From contig CAZGZZ010000003.1 in assembly GCA_964530315.1 (NCBI GenBank), forward strand, positions 6,033 through 70,032: 64,000 nt of DNA, read 5' to 3'. Every line of letters begins with the position of its first letter. Position 1 is the stretch's first letter. Under the pieces are notes generated by a model. That model saw only the letters and a list, made by a program, of their open reading frames with translations. It searched no databases and had not been told where the DNA came from. Position numbers and translations under genes: made by a program. This stretch comes from an uncultured Lachnospiraceae bacterium (GTDB lineage: Bacteria > Bacillota > Clostridia > UBA1381). This document shows, one piece after another, positions 18,409 through 27,541 of the stretch.

Positions 18409-19060
18409 TTATATAATAAAATATTCAAGGGGTGAAGAGGTAAAATATATTTCTCACCTGGATTTTGTAAAGTTTATACAAAGAGCCGTAAGGCGTTCGG
18501 GATTGCCGATGCTTTATTCAAGTGGTTTTAATCCGCATCCGCAAATGGCGGTTGCATTGCCGCTTTCTGTCGGAGTAACATCCGATTGTGAGCTTATGAG
18601 AATAGGACTTGACGGTGATTTTTCGGAAAAAGAGGTTGCACAAAGGTTAAATGATGCCTTGACTAACGGATTTAAAGTTATCGGCGTTAAAAATATGGAA
18701 GAGTCCAAAATAGATTTTTCTTCAATTAACAGAGCTGTTTATATTTGCCGATGTGAGTCGGTGGGAAAAATGGATTTTAACATTTCAAAATTCCTTGCAA
18801 ATGATACAATCAATGTAATGAAGAAAAGCAAAAGCGGAATAAAGGAAGCGGATATAAAACCCCATATTCATTCTTTGGAACTTGTTGAAACCAATGATGA
18901 TATTATTACATTTTCAATGTGTCTTGATGCCGGAAACAATTATAATTTAAAACCCGATACGGTAATCGAGGCAATGCAAAAATATGAGGAAGACTTTAAA
19001 ATTTCGTTCTTTAATGTGCATAGATGCACCCTTTTGGCGGACGATAAGGAATTTATATAA
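18401..19060 (+). CDS. radical-SAM-associated DUF2344 protein (TIGR03936-like)
   Basis: ATG at 18401 overlaps the upstream stop (ATGAGTAA). MSNYIIKYSRGEEVKYISHLDFVKFIQRAVRRSGLP matches my recollection of the DUF2344 N-terminus. Confidence 0.8.
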   Translation: MSNYIIKYSRGEEVKYISHLDFVKFIQRAVRRSGLPMLYSSGFNPHPQMAVALPLSVGVTSDCELMRIGLDGDFSEKEVAQRLNDALTNGFKVIGVKNMEESKIDFSSINRAVYICRCESVGKMDFNISKFLANDTINVMKKSKSGIKEADIKPHIHSLELVETNDDIITFSMCLDAGNNYNLKPDTVIEAMQKYEEDFKISFFNVHRCTLLADDKEFI

Positions 19061-19066
19061 TTTGTG

Positions 19067-19095
19067 TTGACAATTAATTGGTGCGGTGCTATAAT
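19067..19095 (+). promoter_or_regulatory. consensus sigma-A-type promoter of trkAH
   Basis: TTGACA, 17-nt spacer, TATAAT. Confidence 0.75.
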
Positions 19096-19128
19096 GATTT
19101 CAAGCAAAGCTTGAAATCAGCTAAATTC
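19096..19128. promoter_or_regulatory. 33-nt conserved element (23-bp dyad plus AGCTAAATTC) abutting the -10 box; candidate operator
   Basis: GATTTCAAGCAAAGCTTGAAATCAGCTAAATTC. It is 31/33 identical to 55397-55429, which sits at the same position relative to another -10 box. Confidence 0.5.
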
Positions 19129-19187
19129 TCCCTTTATATAAGGGAGCCGAAAGTTAATAAAACACAAAGAATAAGAGGGAAAATCTG

Positions 19188-20546
19188 ATGAATATAATCA
19201 TTGTCGGTTACGGTAAAGTAGGACAGAAAATTGTCGAGAGGATAGCCGATGAAAAAGACCATAATATTACGGTAATAGATGTTCGTGCAAAACTTGTGGA
19301 AGAGCTTGTCGGACAAAATGATGTTATGGGGGTTGTCGGAAGCGGTGCAAACATAGATGTTCTGCGTGAAGCCGGTGTTGAAGAGGCTGATTTGCTGATT
19401 GCCGTAACTGCATCCGATGAATTAAATCTTTTGACTTGTCTTATTGCGAGAAAATGCGGTCATTGCCAAACTATCGCAAGGGTAAGAAAACCGGAGTATT
19501 ATAAAGAAATTCAGCTTTTTAAGGAAGATTTGGGACTTGCGATGATAATTAATCCCGAACTTGCGGCGGCAACCGAAACAGCAAGACTTCTGCGTTTTCC
19601 GTCTGCAATTCAAATCGATACATTTGCAAAGGGCAGAGTGGAAATTTTGAAATTCCGTGTTGGTGGAAATTCCGTTTTGAATGAAATTAAGGTTTCGGAT
19701 ATCTGTGCCAAGCTTAACTGTGATGTTTTGATTTGCGGAGTTGAAAGGGGAGAGGATGCTTTTATTCCAGACGGAGATTTCCGTTTGTTGGACGGGGATT
19801 TGGTAAGTATTGTTTCATCGCCGGAAAATGCATCTAATTTCTTCAAAAAAATTGGAATTAAAACAAACAGAGTTAAAGATACGATTATTGTTGGCGGAGG
19901 GGATACGGCATATTATCTTGCAAAACAGCTGATAAAATCGGGAATTTCGGTAAAGCTTATCGAACAGAATAAGCACAGATGCGAAGAACTATGTGATCTT
20001 TTGCCGAAAGCGGAGATTATAAACGGTGACGGAACAAATAACGATCTGCTTCTTGAAATGGGATTGGAGCAAGCAGAATCGTTTGTTGCTCTCACCAATA
20101 TAGATGAAGAAAATGTTTTGCTTTCTTTATTTGCCAAAAAGAGAATGAACGGAAAAGTTGTCACAAAGATAAACAGAATTGCTTATGATGATGTAATTTC
20201 CGAATTGAACCTCGATTCGACGATTTATCCAAAGAATATTACAGCCGAATATATTGTCAGATATGTAAGGGCATTTCAAAATTCGATCGGGAACGATATT
20301 GAAACAATGCACAGCATTATTGACGGTAAAGCGGAAGCACTTGAATTTAAAATTACACAAAATTCTCCGATTGCGGATGTTATGATTGAAAATTTAAAAT
20401 TAAAGAAAAATATTCTTATAGCTTGTATTCACAGGAACGGAACGGTTATAACGCCGAGAGGTAAGGATACCGTTAAGGCAGGTGACACAGTTATAGTCAT
20501 AACAACAGAAAAAGGATATAAAAATATCGGAGATATATTGAGATAA
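19188..20546 (+). CDS. trkA: Trk potassium uptake system NAD-binding protein TrkA (double RCK)
   Basis: Two Rossmann motifs (IIIVGYGKVGQ and IIVGGGDTAYYLA), each followed by an RCK_C-like segment. 452 aa, with trkH downstream. Confidence 0.9.
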   Translation: MNIIIVGYGKVGQKIVERIADEKDHNITVIDVRAKLVEELVGQNDVMGVVGSGANIDVLREAGVEEADLLIAVTASDELNLLTCLIARKCGHCQTIARVRKPEYYKEIQLFKEDLGLAMIINPELAAATETARLLRFPSAIQIDTFAKGRVEILKFRVGGNSVLNEIKVSDICAKLNCDVLICGVERGEDAFIPDGDFRLLDGDLVSIVSSPENASNFFKKIGIKTNRVKDTIIVGGGDTAYYLAKQLIKSGISVKLIEQNKHRCEELCDLLPKAEIINGDGTNNDLLLEMGLEQAESFVALTNIDEENVLLSLFAKKRMNGKVVTKINRIAYDDVISELNLDSTIYPKNITAEYIVRYVRAFQNSIGNDIETMHSIIDGKAEALEFKITQNSPIADVMIENLKLKKNILIACIHRNGTVITPRGKDTVKAGDTVIVITTEKGYKNIGDILR

Positions 20547-20555
20547 GGTGAATTT

Positions 20556-21992
20556 ATGAATTACAGAGTTATTTTATATATACTTGGCTGTGTTTTGTGT
20601 TGTGAAGCGGCTTGTATGCTTTTACCTTTGGTTTGTGCCGCAATTTATAATGAAAGAGAATTTTATTCGTTTTTGATATCAATTGTTCTGTGTGTTGTGC
20701 TCGGAGTGATTTTGCTGATGGCAAAATCTAAAAAAAAGGAAATCCATGCGAAAGAAGGATTTGTTGTTGCGGCACTCGCATGGATAATTATAAGTGTGTT
20801 TGGAGCGTTGCCTTTTTATACTTCGGGAAGAGTTCCGTCATATATCGATGCACTGTTTGAAATTTCTTCGGGATTTACGACAACGGGGGCGTCAATTCTA
20901 AAGGATGTTGACCATTTTCCGAGGTCTATGCTGATGTGGAGAAGTTTTTCTCATTGGATAGGCGGTATGGGTGTACTTGTATTCTTGATTGCATTTTTGC
21001 CGCTGTCGGGTGGAAATAACTTTTTTATGGTAAAGGCGGAAAGTCCGGGGCCGGCTGTCGGAAAATTAGTGCCAAGGATAAGAACAAGTGCCAAAATTTC
21101 ATATGGAATATATCTTGGTATGACTATAATACAGCTTGTTATTCTGCTTGTTTCGGGGATGGATGTTTTTGATTCGCTGACTCTCACATTCGGAACTGCC
21201 GGGACAGGAGGTTTTGCAGTCAGAAATTCCGGACTTGCCGATTATACATCTTTTCAACAGATAACCATAACGATTTTTATGCTGTTGTTCGGTGTTGACT
21301 TCACATTTTATTATTTGTTACTTTCAAGAAAGATTAAAACGGCATTTAAAATGGAAGAGGTTAAGAAATATTTCTTAATTGTATTCATTGCAATTGCACT
21401 GATATGCATAAACTGTTACGGACTGTATGACAGCTTGCTTGATAATATAAAACATTCGGCTTTCCAGGTTTCGTCAATCATAACGACCACGGGATATGCT
21501 ACGGTAAATTTTGATTTATGGCCGCAGTTTTCAAAAACAATACTTGTTCTATTGATGTTTATCGGTGCTTGTGCAGGAAGCACAGGCGGAGGAATTAAGG
21601 TTTCAAGAATTGTTATTTTGATAAAAAATGTGTTTAAGGAAATAAGATTTACTACACAACCGAAAATAACAAGAAAAATTTTGTTTAATCAAAAATCAGT
21701 CGATTCGCAGGTTGTAAAATCCATAAGCGTTTATCTTGCCGCTTATGTGGTTATCTTCTTTGGATCGCTGTTGATAATATCGATAGACAATTTTGATTTT
21801 ACAACAAACTTTACTGCCGTTGCGGCAACACTTAATAACATAGGACCGGGTCTTGCAAAAGTCGGACCAATGGAAAATTTTTCGCTTTATTCGCCAATGT
21901 CAAAGCTTGTTTTGACATTTGATATGTTGATAGGCAGATTGGAGCTTATCCCGTTCTTGGTGTTGTTCTCACCGAGTATGTGGAAAAAATGA
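20556..21992 (+). CDS. trkH: Trk/Ktr potassium transporter membrane subunit TrkH
   Basis: 478-aa polytopic protein with selectivity-filter-like repeats (SSGFTTTGAS, FGTAGTGGFA, ITTTGYAT, CAGSTGGGIKV). Confidence 0.9.
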   Translation: MNYRVILYILGCVLCCEAACMLLPLVCAAIYNEREFYSFLISIVLCVVLGVILLMAKSKKKEIHAKEGFVVAALAWIIISVFGALPFYTSGRVPSYIDALFEISSGFTTTGASILKDVDHFPRSMLMWRSFSHWIGGMGVLVFLIAFLPLSGGNNFFMVKAESPGPAVGKLVPRIRTSAKISYGIYLGMTIIQLVILLVSGMDVFDSLTLTFGTAGTGGFAVRNSGLADYTSFQQITITIFMLLFGVDFTFYYLLLSRKIKTAFKMEEVKKYFLIVFIAIALICINCYGLYDSLLDNIKHSAFQVSSIITTTGYATVNFDLWPQFSKTILVLLMFIGACAGSTGGGIKVSRIVILIKNVFKEIRFTTQPKITRKILFNQKSVDSQVVKSISVYLAAYVVIFFGSLLIISIDNFDFTTNFTAVAATLNNIGPGLAKVGPMENFSLYSPMSKLVLTFDMLIGRLELIPFLVLFSPSMWKK

Positions 21993-21995
21993 TTA

Positions 21996-22033
21996 AAAAA
22001 CACACATATCTTTTGTGATATGTGTGTTTTTTA
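21996..22033. terminator. bidirectional rho-independent terminator (trkH / glnN convergent)
   Basis: 16-bp stem AAAAAACACACATATC / GATATGTGTGTTTTTT with a 6-nt loop. A and T runs are present on both sides. Confidence 0.85.
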
Positions 22034-22042
22034 ATCTGTAAA

Positions 22043-24115
22043 TTAAACTCTGTACAATAAATCCTCATAGGTCGGGAACGGCCAATAATCTTTGGCTACA
22101 ACAGTTTCAAGTTCATCTGCAGTATTCCTTATTTTTGACATATTGTCAAGAATTATGTTTTGATAATATTTTGCTTTTGACAAAATGTCGTTTTCGGAGT
22201 CTATTTTGCATTTTGCGGCTTCAAGTCTTGAAATGTCATCAATCAGCTGTTCGGTGAGCTTTGACATATGAGCCGCTGATTTTTTTTCGTTGGGGACACA
22301 AAGTCCGATGGATTCTTTTTTGATTATTCCGTCAGCCAACGATGCTGTATATTCAAGGCAAGCCGGAAGAATTTCCTGTTTTGCCATTTCAAGCATTGTG
22401 AGCATTTCAATGTTGATTTTTTTGATGTACTCTTCTAACAAAATCTCATATCTTGATTCAAGCTCAACTTTTGAAAGAACATTCATCGAAGAATATGCAT
22501 CGACATTTTCTTCATATAGCAATGCAGGAATTGCATCAACTGTTGATTTTAAATTCGGCAAGCCTCTTTTTTCGGCTTCCGTAACCCATTCATCGGAATA
22601 TCCGTTTCCGTTGAAAATGACTCTGTCGTGCTTTTTGAATATATCAACAATGATTTCGTCTATGCTTTCGCCGTTGTCGAGTCTGTCGGCAATTTTTGAA
22701 AGAGTTGCCGCAACCGCCGTGTTAAGAGCGGTATTAACGCCTGTTATCGATTGCGAAGAACCTGGCATTCTGAACTCAAATCTGTTTCCGGTAAAGGCAA
22801 GGGGAGAGGTTCTGTTTCTGTCAGTTGAGTCCTTTTTGATAAGAGGAACGGCATCAACACCGGCAGAAATTTTACTTCTTGAATCATCTATTGAAGTTTT
22901 TCCCTCCTTGACAGCTTCAACAACATCTTCCAATTGTTTTCCGAGAAAAATTGAAATGATAGCCGGAGGAGCTTCATTTGCACCGAGTCGGTGGTCATTG
23001 CCCGCATTTGCAACAGATACTCTCAAAAGAGTTGCGTAATCGTCAACAGCCTTGATAACTGCCGCCAAAAACAAGAGAAATTGCTTGTTTTCAATAGGCT
23101 TCTTTCCTGGTTTGAAAAGATTTTCACCCGTATTTGTTCCGATTGACCAGTTGTTATGCTTACCTGAACCGTTTACGCCTTCGTATGGTTTTTCGTGAAG
23201 AAGACATACCAGACCATGTTTCTTTGCAATTTTTTTCATAACTTCCATTGTGAGCTGGTTATGGTCACAGGAGATGTTTGTGGTTGAATAAATCGGAGCC
23301 AATTCGTGCTGGGCAGGCGCGGCTTCGTTATGCTTTGTTGTAGCAAGAACGCCAAGCTTCCAAAGCTCTTCATCAAGCTCTTTCATATAATCGGCGATTC
23401 TTTCGGTTATTTGACCGAAGTAGTGATCATCCATTTCCTGACCCTTTGCCGGGACTGCTCCGAACAGAGTTCTGCCTGTGAGCATAAGGTCTTTTCTTTG
23501 ATTATAGAGTTTTTCGTCAACAATAAAATATTCTTGTTCCGGTCCGACATAAGAGATTATATGTGTTGCATCGGAATTGAAATATTTCAAGACACGCAAG
23601 GTTTGTTTGTTTATTGCTTCCATTGAACGCAGGAGCGGAGTTTTTTTGTCGAGAGCTTCACCTGTGTATGAATAAAAAGCGGTAGGAATACATAAAGAAC
23701 CGTTTTTTATGAATGCAAAGGAGGTAGGGTCCCAGGCGGTGTAGCCTCTTGCTTCAAAAGTCGAACGAAGTCCGCCCGACGGAAAGCTTGAAGCATCCGG
23801 TTCGCCACGGATAAGCTCCTTTCCCGAAAATTCAAGAATTATATGTCCGTCATCGGTAGGTGTTATAAATGAATCATGTTTTTCGGCTGTTACACCTGTC
23901 ATAGGCTGAAACCAGTGTGTATAGTGTGTAGCACCCTTTTCAACTGCCCAATCTTTCATTGCACTTGCCAAAACATCGGCAACACCGGAGTCAAGTGCTG
24001 TTCCTTCATTAATTGTTGTTTTTACCGATTCAAAAATATCTTTCGGCAGGCGTTCTTTCATAACCGACAGATTAAAGACATTTTCTCCGAAATAATCAGC
24101 TACATTCATTTTCAT
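22043..24115 (-). CDS. glnN: glutamine synthetase type III
   Basis: 690-aa length. The N-terminus [28 protein letters not shown] and the core [10 protein letters not shown] are typical of GSIII. GGAG RBS. Confidence 0.9.
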   Translation of the reverse strand: MKMNVADYFGENVFNLSVMKERLPKDIFESVKTTINEGTALDSGVADVLASAMKDWAVEKGATHYTHWFQPMTGVTAEKHDSFITPTDDGHIILEFSGKELIRGEPDASSFPSGGLRSTFEARGYTAWDPTSFAFIKNGSLCIPTAFYSYTGEALDKKTPLLRSMEAINKQTLRVLKYFNSDATHIISYVGPEQEYFIVDEKLYNQRKDLMLTGRTLFGAVPAKGQEMDDHYFGQITERIADYMKELDEELWKLGVLATTKHNEAAPAQHELAPIYSTTNISCDHNQLTMEVMKKIAKKHGLVCLLHEKPYEGVNGSGKHNNWSIGTNTGENLFKPGKKPIENKQFLLFLAAVIKAVDDYATLLRVSVANAGNDHRLGANEAPPAIISIFLGKQLEDVVEAVKEGKTSIDDSRSKISAGVDAVPLIKKDSTDRNRTSPLAFTGNRFEFRMPGSSQSITGVNTALNTAVAATLSKIADRLDNGESIDEIIVDIFKKHDRVIFNGNGYSDEWVTEAEKRGLPNLKSTVDAIPALLYEENVDAYSSMNVLSKVELESRYEILLEEYIKKINIEMLTMLEMAKQEILPACLEYTASLADGIIKKESIGLCVPNEKKSAAHMSKLTEQLIDDISRLEAAKCKIDSENDILSKAKYYQNIILDNMSKIRNTADELETVVAKDYWPFPTYEDLLYRV

Positions 24116-24179
24116 TTCTCCTTTGCGTTTTACAAATAAAGCGACGCTATCATATTACTTACCGTCGGTAAGCGATATA

Positions 24180-24199
24180 ATAAAACGCCGCCGTTTTAT
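24180..24199 (-). terminator. hairpin after gatB (weak terminator)
   Basis: ATAAAACG-CCGC-CGTTTTAT; the downstream tail on the minus strand is T-rich but short. Confidence 0.45.
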
Positions 24200-24240
24200 C
24201 AATCTTTAACACTAATATTATAACATTTACAGCGAATTTG

Positions 24241-25662
24241 TCAACTGTTATCTGAAAAAGTTGATAAATTGTTTTCCAAAATTTTCGTCACGCTTTTCGG
24301 ATTTGTGCCTTTTTCACAATTTCTGATAACCTGTCCCATCAAAAAGGCAAATGCTTTTTTCTTTCCGCTGTTATATTCATTGACTGCCTTTCGGTTTTTT
24401 GACAAGACTTCCGAAACGATTTTTTCTATTTCTTCTTTGTTATCTTTTATGAGAAAATTGTTCTTTTTTGCAATCTCAATCGGAGGATCATTGTTTTTGA
24501 ACATAAGAGCCACAATTTCGGAAAGGGCGTTGCCAGTTATTTTCTTATCATCGAGGAGTTTTGCACAATTTGCAACATTTTTCGGCAGGAGCGGTATTTT
24601 TTTCAGTTTTAGTTCGTTCATATTCCTGAAAATATATCCTAAAATTATTTTTGTGATTGTTTTCGGTGACCTATATTCCGAAATTACAGCTTCAAAAAAA
24701 TCAGAGATCGCTTTATCGTTTGTCAATAGAACAGCATCTTGTTCGGAGATGCCGTAGAGTTCTTTGTATTCCTCAATTCTTTCTTTTGGCATTTTCGGAA
24801 GAAGTTTTTTTGCGTTGTTTATTTCATCATCGGAAATGCAGATGGCGGGAATATCTGGTTCGGGGAAATATCTGTAATCGGACGGCTTTTCTTTAATTCG
24901 CATCGATTCGGTTTTTGCACTGTTTTCATTATAGCGTCTTGTTTCGCAAATGATTTCTTCACCCTTTGAAAGAATCAGACACTGACGGTTGAATTCATAT
25001 TCAATTGCTTTTGCGACCGATTTTAATGAATTCAAGTTTTTAATTTCCGTTCTTGTCCCCAAAATTGATGAATTTTCGTCTTTTGCGGAAATATTGACAT
25101 CAACTCTTAATGAACCCTCTTCAAGTCTTGCATCGCATACATCGGCGTATTTGAGCCGAGAAGAAATTTCACGAATAAAAAGGCAAACCTCCTCGGCAGA
25201 ATTAAAATCTGGTTTTGTGACAATTTCGATAAGCGGAACTCCGCATCTGTTAAGGTCGATAAGTGTCGATCTTTTTTCGTGAATTAATTTGCCTGCATCC
25301 TCTTCGATGTGTATTCTTTCTATATTAAATCTTTTGTTGTTGATATCTATATATCCGTTTTCACACAGGGGATGATAATACTGTGTTATCTGATAACCTT
25401 TCGGTAAATCCGGATAAAAATAATTTTTTCGGTCGAATGAGGATTTACTGTTAATTTTGCAGTCAAGAACGAGACCTGCCTTAACCGCAAGCAAAAAAGC
25501 TTCTTTGTTCAGCATGGGAAGAGTACCCGGCATTCCTGAACATATGGGGCAAACAAGAGTATTTGACTTTTCTCCGAACTTATTTGCACAGGAACAGAAT
25601 ATTTTTGTTTTTGTCAGTAATTCTGCGTGAATTTCAAGACCTATAACTGGTATCAGACTCAT
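24241..25662 (-). CDS. gatB: Asp-tRNA(Asn)/Glu-tRNA(Gln) amidotransferase subunit B
   Basis: MSLIPVIGLEIHAEL...CPICSGMPGTLP. I chose the start at 25662, giving an ATGA overlap with the gatA stop. Confidence 0.93.
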   Translation of the reverse strand: MSLIPVIGLEIHAELLTKTKIFCSCANKFGEKSNTLVCPICSGMPGTLPMLNKEAFLLAVKAGLVLDCKINSKSSFDRKNYFYPDLPKGYQITQYYHPLCENGYIDINNKRFNIERIHIEEDAGKLIHEKRSTLIDLNRCGVPLIEIVTKPDFNSAEEVCLFIREISSRLKYADVCDARLEEGSLRVDVNISAKDENSSILGTRTEIKNLNSLKSVAKAIEYEFNRQCLILSKGEEIICETRRYNENSAKTESMRIKEKPSDYRYFPEPDIPAICISDDEINNAKKLLPKMPKERIEEYKELYGISEQDAVLLTNDKAISDFFEAVISEYRSPKTITKIILGYIFRNMNELKLKKIPLLPKNVANCAKLLDDKKITGNALSEIVALMFKNNDPPIEIAKKNNFLIKDNKEEIEKIVSEVLSKNRKAVNEYNSGKKKAFAFLMGQVIRNCEKGTNPKSVTKILENNLSTFSDNS

Positions 25663-27095
25663 AATGCAGGCTCCTTTTTGCAAAAAAAATTTTCAAAGAT
25701 ATCTGCGGCGGCAATTATTTTTGATTCTTCATATGGTTTTGCCGCAATACTGAAGCCTATCGGCAGATTTTCCGTTGTATATGCACACACAGTGGAAATT
25801 TCGGGAATTCCCGAAAGACTTGCCGCAACGGTGAAGATATCGTTTGAATATGTTTGGTCATTTTCAGAGGAATTTATCTTTTTTTGCAGCACCGGTGAGG
25901 TGGGGGATAAAATTATATCACATTTTTTGAAAATTTCGTTATATTCTTTTGTGATTTGTTTTCGCATATTTCTTGCGGCAATGTAATATTTTTCGTAGTT
26001 TTCCTCAGAGAGAATTTTATTTCCGAGAATTATTCTGTTTTTCACTTCATTTCCAAATCCGTCAAATCGTGAATTTGAAATTTTTTCTTCATAAGAGCCG
26101 ACGGTATTTGATGAATGTCCGAATATTATTCCGTCGTATCTTGAAAGGTTTGATGAGGCCTCTGCCGAAGAAATTGCCATATAAGTCGCATCGGCATATT
26201 TTAAAGAGGGCAGAGAAGTCTCAATAATTTCAAAATCATTTTTTTTGTAAAAATCTATAACCGATAAAAATGCGTTTTTTATTTCCGAGGAAATAATGTT
26301 GTCGTAAAATTCGTGAGGTATTCCGATTTTTAGATTTTTTGAGTTCAATTTTCCGACAAGAGAAAGATAATCTCCGGGTGAAGATTCAGAGCTTGTCATA
26401 TCATTTCGGTCATAACCGTATATGCAATTTAAAAGATATCCCGTATCAACGGCTGAATTTGCACAAATGCCGATTTGGTCAAGACTTGATGCAAAGGAAA
26501 TCAAGCCGCTTCGTGAAATTGTTCCGTAGGAGGGACGCAAGCCGCACACACCGCAAAAGGCAGAGGGCTGACGAACAGAACCGCCCGTATCTGTTCCGAG
26601 AGATGTGGGAACAAATCCGGCAGAAACTGCGGCGGCAGAACCGCCCGACGAACCGCCCGAGGTATATTCTGTGTTAAACGGATTTTTGACAGCTCCGAAA
26701 TATGAATTTTCGTTTGAGTCACCCATACCGAATTCGTCCATATTTGTTTTTCCGATAATAACCGCATTTTGTTCTTTTAGCTTTTTTACAACAGTTGCAT
26801 CGTAAAAAGGAACAAAATCCTTGAGCATTTTTGATGCACAGGTTGTTTTAATTCCTTGTGTGGTAATATTGTCCTTAACGGCAATCGGTATTCCGCTCAT
26901 AGGCAGTGATTGCTTTTTGTTGATAAGAATTTGTGCTTTTTTAGCATCCTCGTAAGCGTTTTCTTCACATATGCTAATAAAGCTGTTTATTGTTTTATCG
27001 TATTTTTTTATTCTGTTAATGTAAAGCTCTGTCAGCTCGCAAGCCGAAATAACCCTGTTATCAAGGTCTGCTCTCAATTTTGATAAGGAAGTCAT
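25659..27095 (-). CDS. gatA: Asp-tRNA(Asn)/Glu-tRNA(Gln) amidotransferase subunit A
   Basis: Amidase signature GGSSGGSAAAV. 478 aa. Confidence 0.93.
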   Translation of the reverse strand: MTSLSKLRADLDNRVISACELTELYINRIKKYDKTINSFISICEENAYEDAKKAQILINKKQSLPMSGIPIAVKDNITTQGIKTTCASKMLKDFVPFYDATVVKKLKEQNAVIIGKTNMDEFGMGDSNENSYFGAVKNPFNTEYTSGGSSGGSAAAVSAGFVPTSLGTDTGGSVRQPSAFCGVCGLRPSYGTISRSGLISFASSLDQIGICANSAVDTGYLLNCIYGYDRNDMTSSESSPGDYLSLVGKLNSKNLKIGIPHEFYDNIISSEIKNAFLSVIDFYKKNDFEIIETSLPSLKYADATYMAISSAEASSNLSRYDGIIFGHSSNTVGSYEEKISNSRFDGFGNEVKNRIILGNKILSEENYEKYYIAARNMRKQITKEYNEIFKKCDIILSPTSPVLQKKINSSENDQTYSNDIFTVAASLSGIPEISTVCAYTTENLPIGFSIAAKPYEESKIIAAADIFENFFCKKEPAL

Positions 27096-27109
27096 AGTAT
27101 TTCTCCGAT

Positions 27110-27373
27110 TTACATAATTTTTTCGATTATAAATCCGTCCGTGTTTTTTGAGGATGAATTTGAAAGAATATCATATTTAGAGGATGACGGCAGCACAAAA
27201 TCCGATCGTAGATTTGAAAATTTTTCGGTGGTGTCGGATATGCAATCCGAATTAAAAGAAAAATTGTCGGGAAGCTTTATATCCTCTATGATTTTGTTGA
27301 TTTTTTTCTCTGTATCGGATTTGTTTGAATTTTTGAAAAAAAGTCCGTTGTGTTTTAATAATTTATCGTTCAT
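27110..27373 (-). CDS. gatC: Asp-tRNA(Asn)/Glu-tRNA(Gln) amidotransferase subunit C
   Basis: 87 aa, located immediately upstream of gatA. The C-terminal pattern ...NLRSD....DGFIIEKIM is GatC-like. Confidence 0.75.
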   Translation of the reverse strand: MNDKLLKHNGLFFKNSNKSDTEKKINKIIEDIKLPDNFSFNSDCISDTTEKFSNLRSDFVLPSSSKYDILSNSSSKNTDGFIIEKIM

Positions 27374-27402
27374 TATCTTGCTCCGAATTTATTATTTTAT
27401 TT

Positions 27403-27431
27403 AGTATATCATATTGAAAATTTTATGTCAA
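27403..27431 (-). promoter_or_regulatory. sigma-A-type promoter of gatCAB
   Basis: On the minus strand: TTGACA, 17-nt spacer, TATACT. Confidence 0.65.
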
Positions 27432-27482
27432 TAAAGCGAAAAAACGGGTTTTTATTAATTGAGGCTAATTTGAAAAAAAAGA

Positions 27483-27511
27483 TTGATTTTTTGTGGAATA
27501 TATGTTAAAAT
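27483..27511 (+). promoter_or_regulatory. sigma-A-type promoter of the membrane-protein/GT2 module
   Basis: TTGATT, 17-nt spacer, TAAAAT. It is followed at offset +7 by AAGCAAAGCTTG, the core of the trkA/lexA dyad. Confidence 0.6.
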
Positions 27512-27541
27512 ATCCTAAAGCAAAGCTTGGAGTAGGCAAAT

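Noticed and set aside
19096-19187. c-di-AMP (ydaO/kimA-type) riboswitch in the trkA leader
   Set aside because: K+ transporter genes in Firmicutes often carry this riboswitch. However, the leader here is only about 90 nt and AT-rich. It has one small hairpin (CTCCCTT-TATAT-AAGGGAG) and none of the long, pseudo-symmetric, G-rich conserved cores I associate with the ydaO motif. No terminator follows it.
24116-24240. Glutamine riboswitch or GlnR/TnrA box upstream of glnN
   Set aside because: Only short hairpins are present (CTTACC-GTC-GGTAAG and the gatB terminator). There is no TGTNAN7TNACA dyad and no glnA-RNA-like E-loop motif that I could recognise.
27374-27431. T-box leader upstream of gatCAB
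   Set aside because: Only about 25 nt separate the predicted -10 box from the gatC start, leaving no room for a T-box (about 200 nt with specifier loop and terminator).
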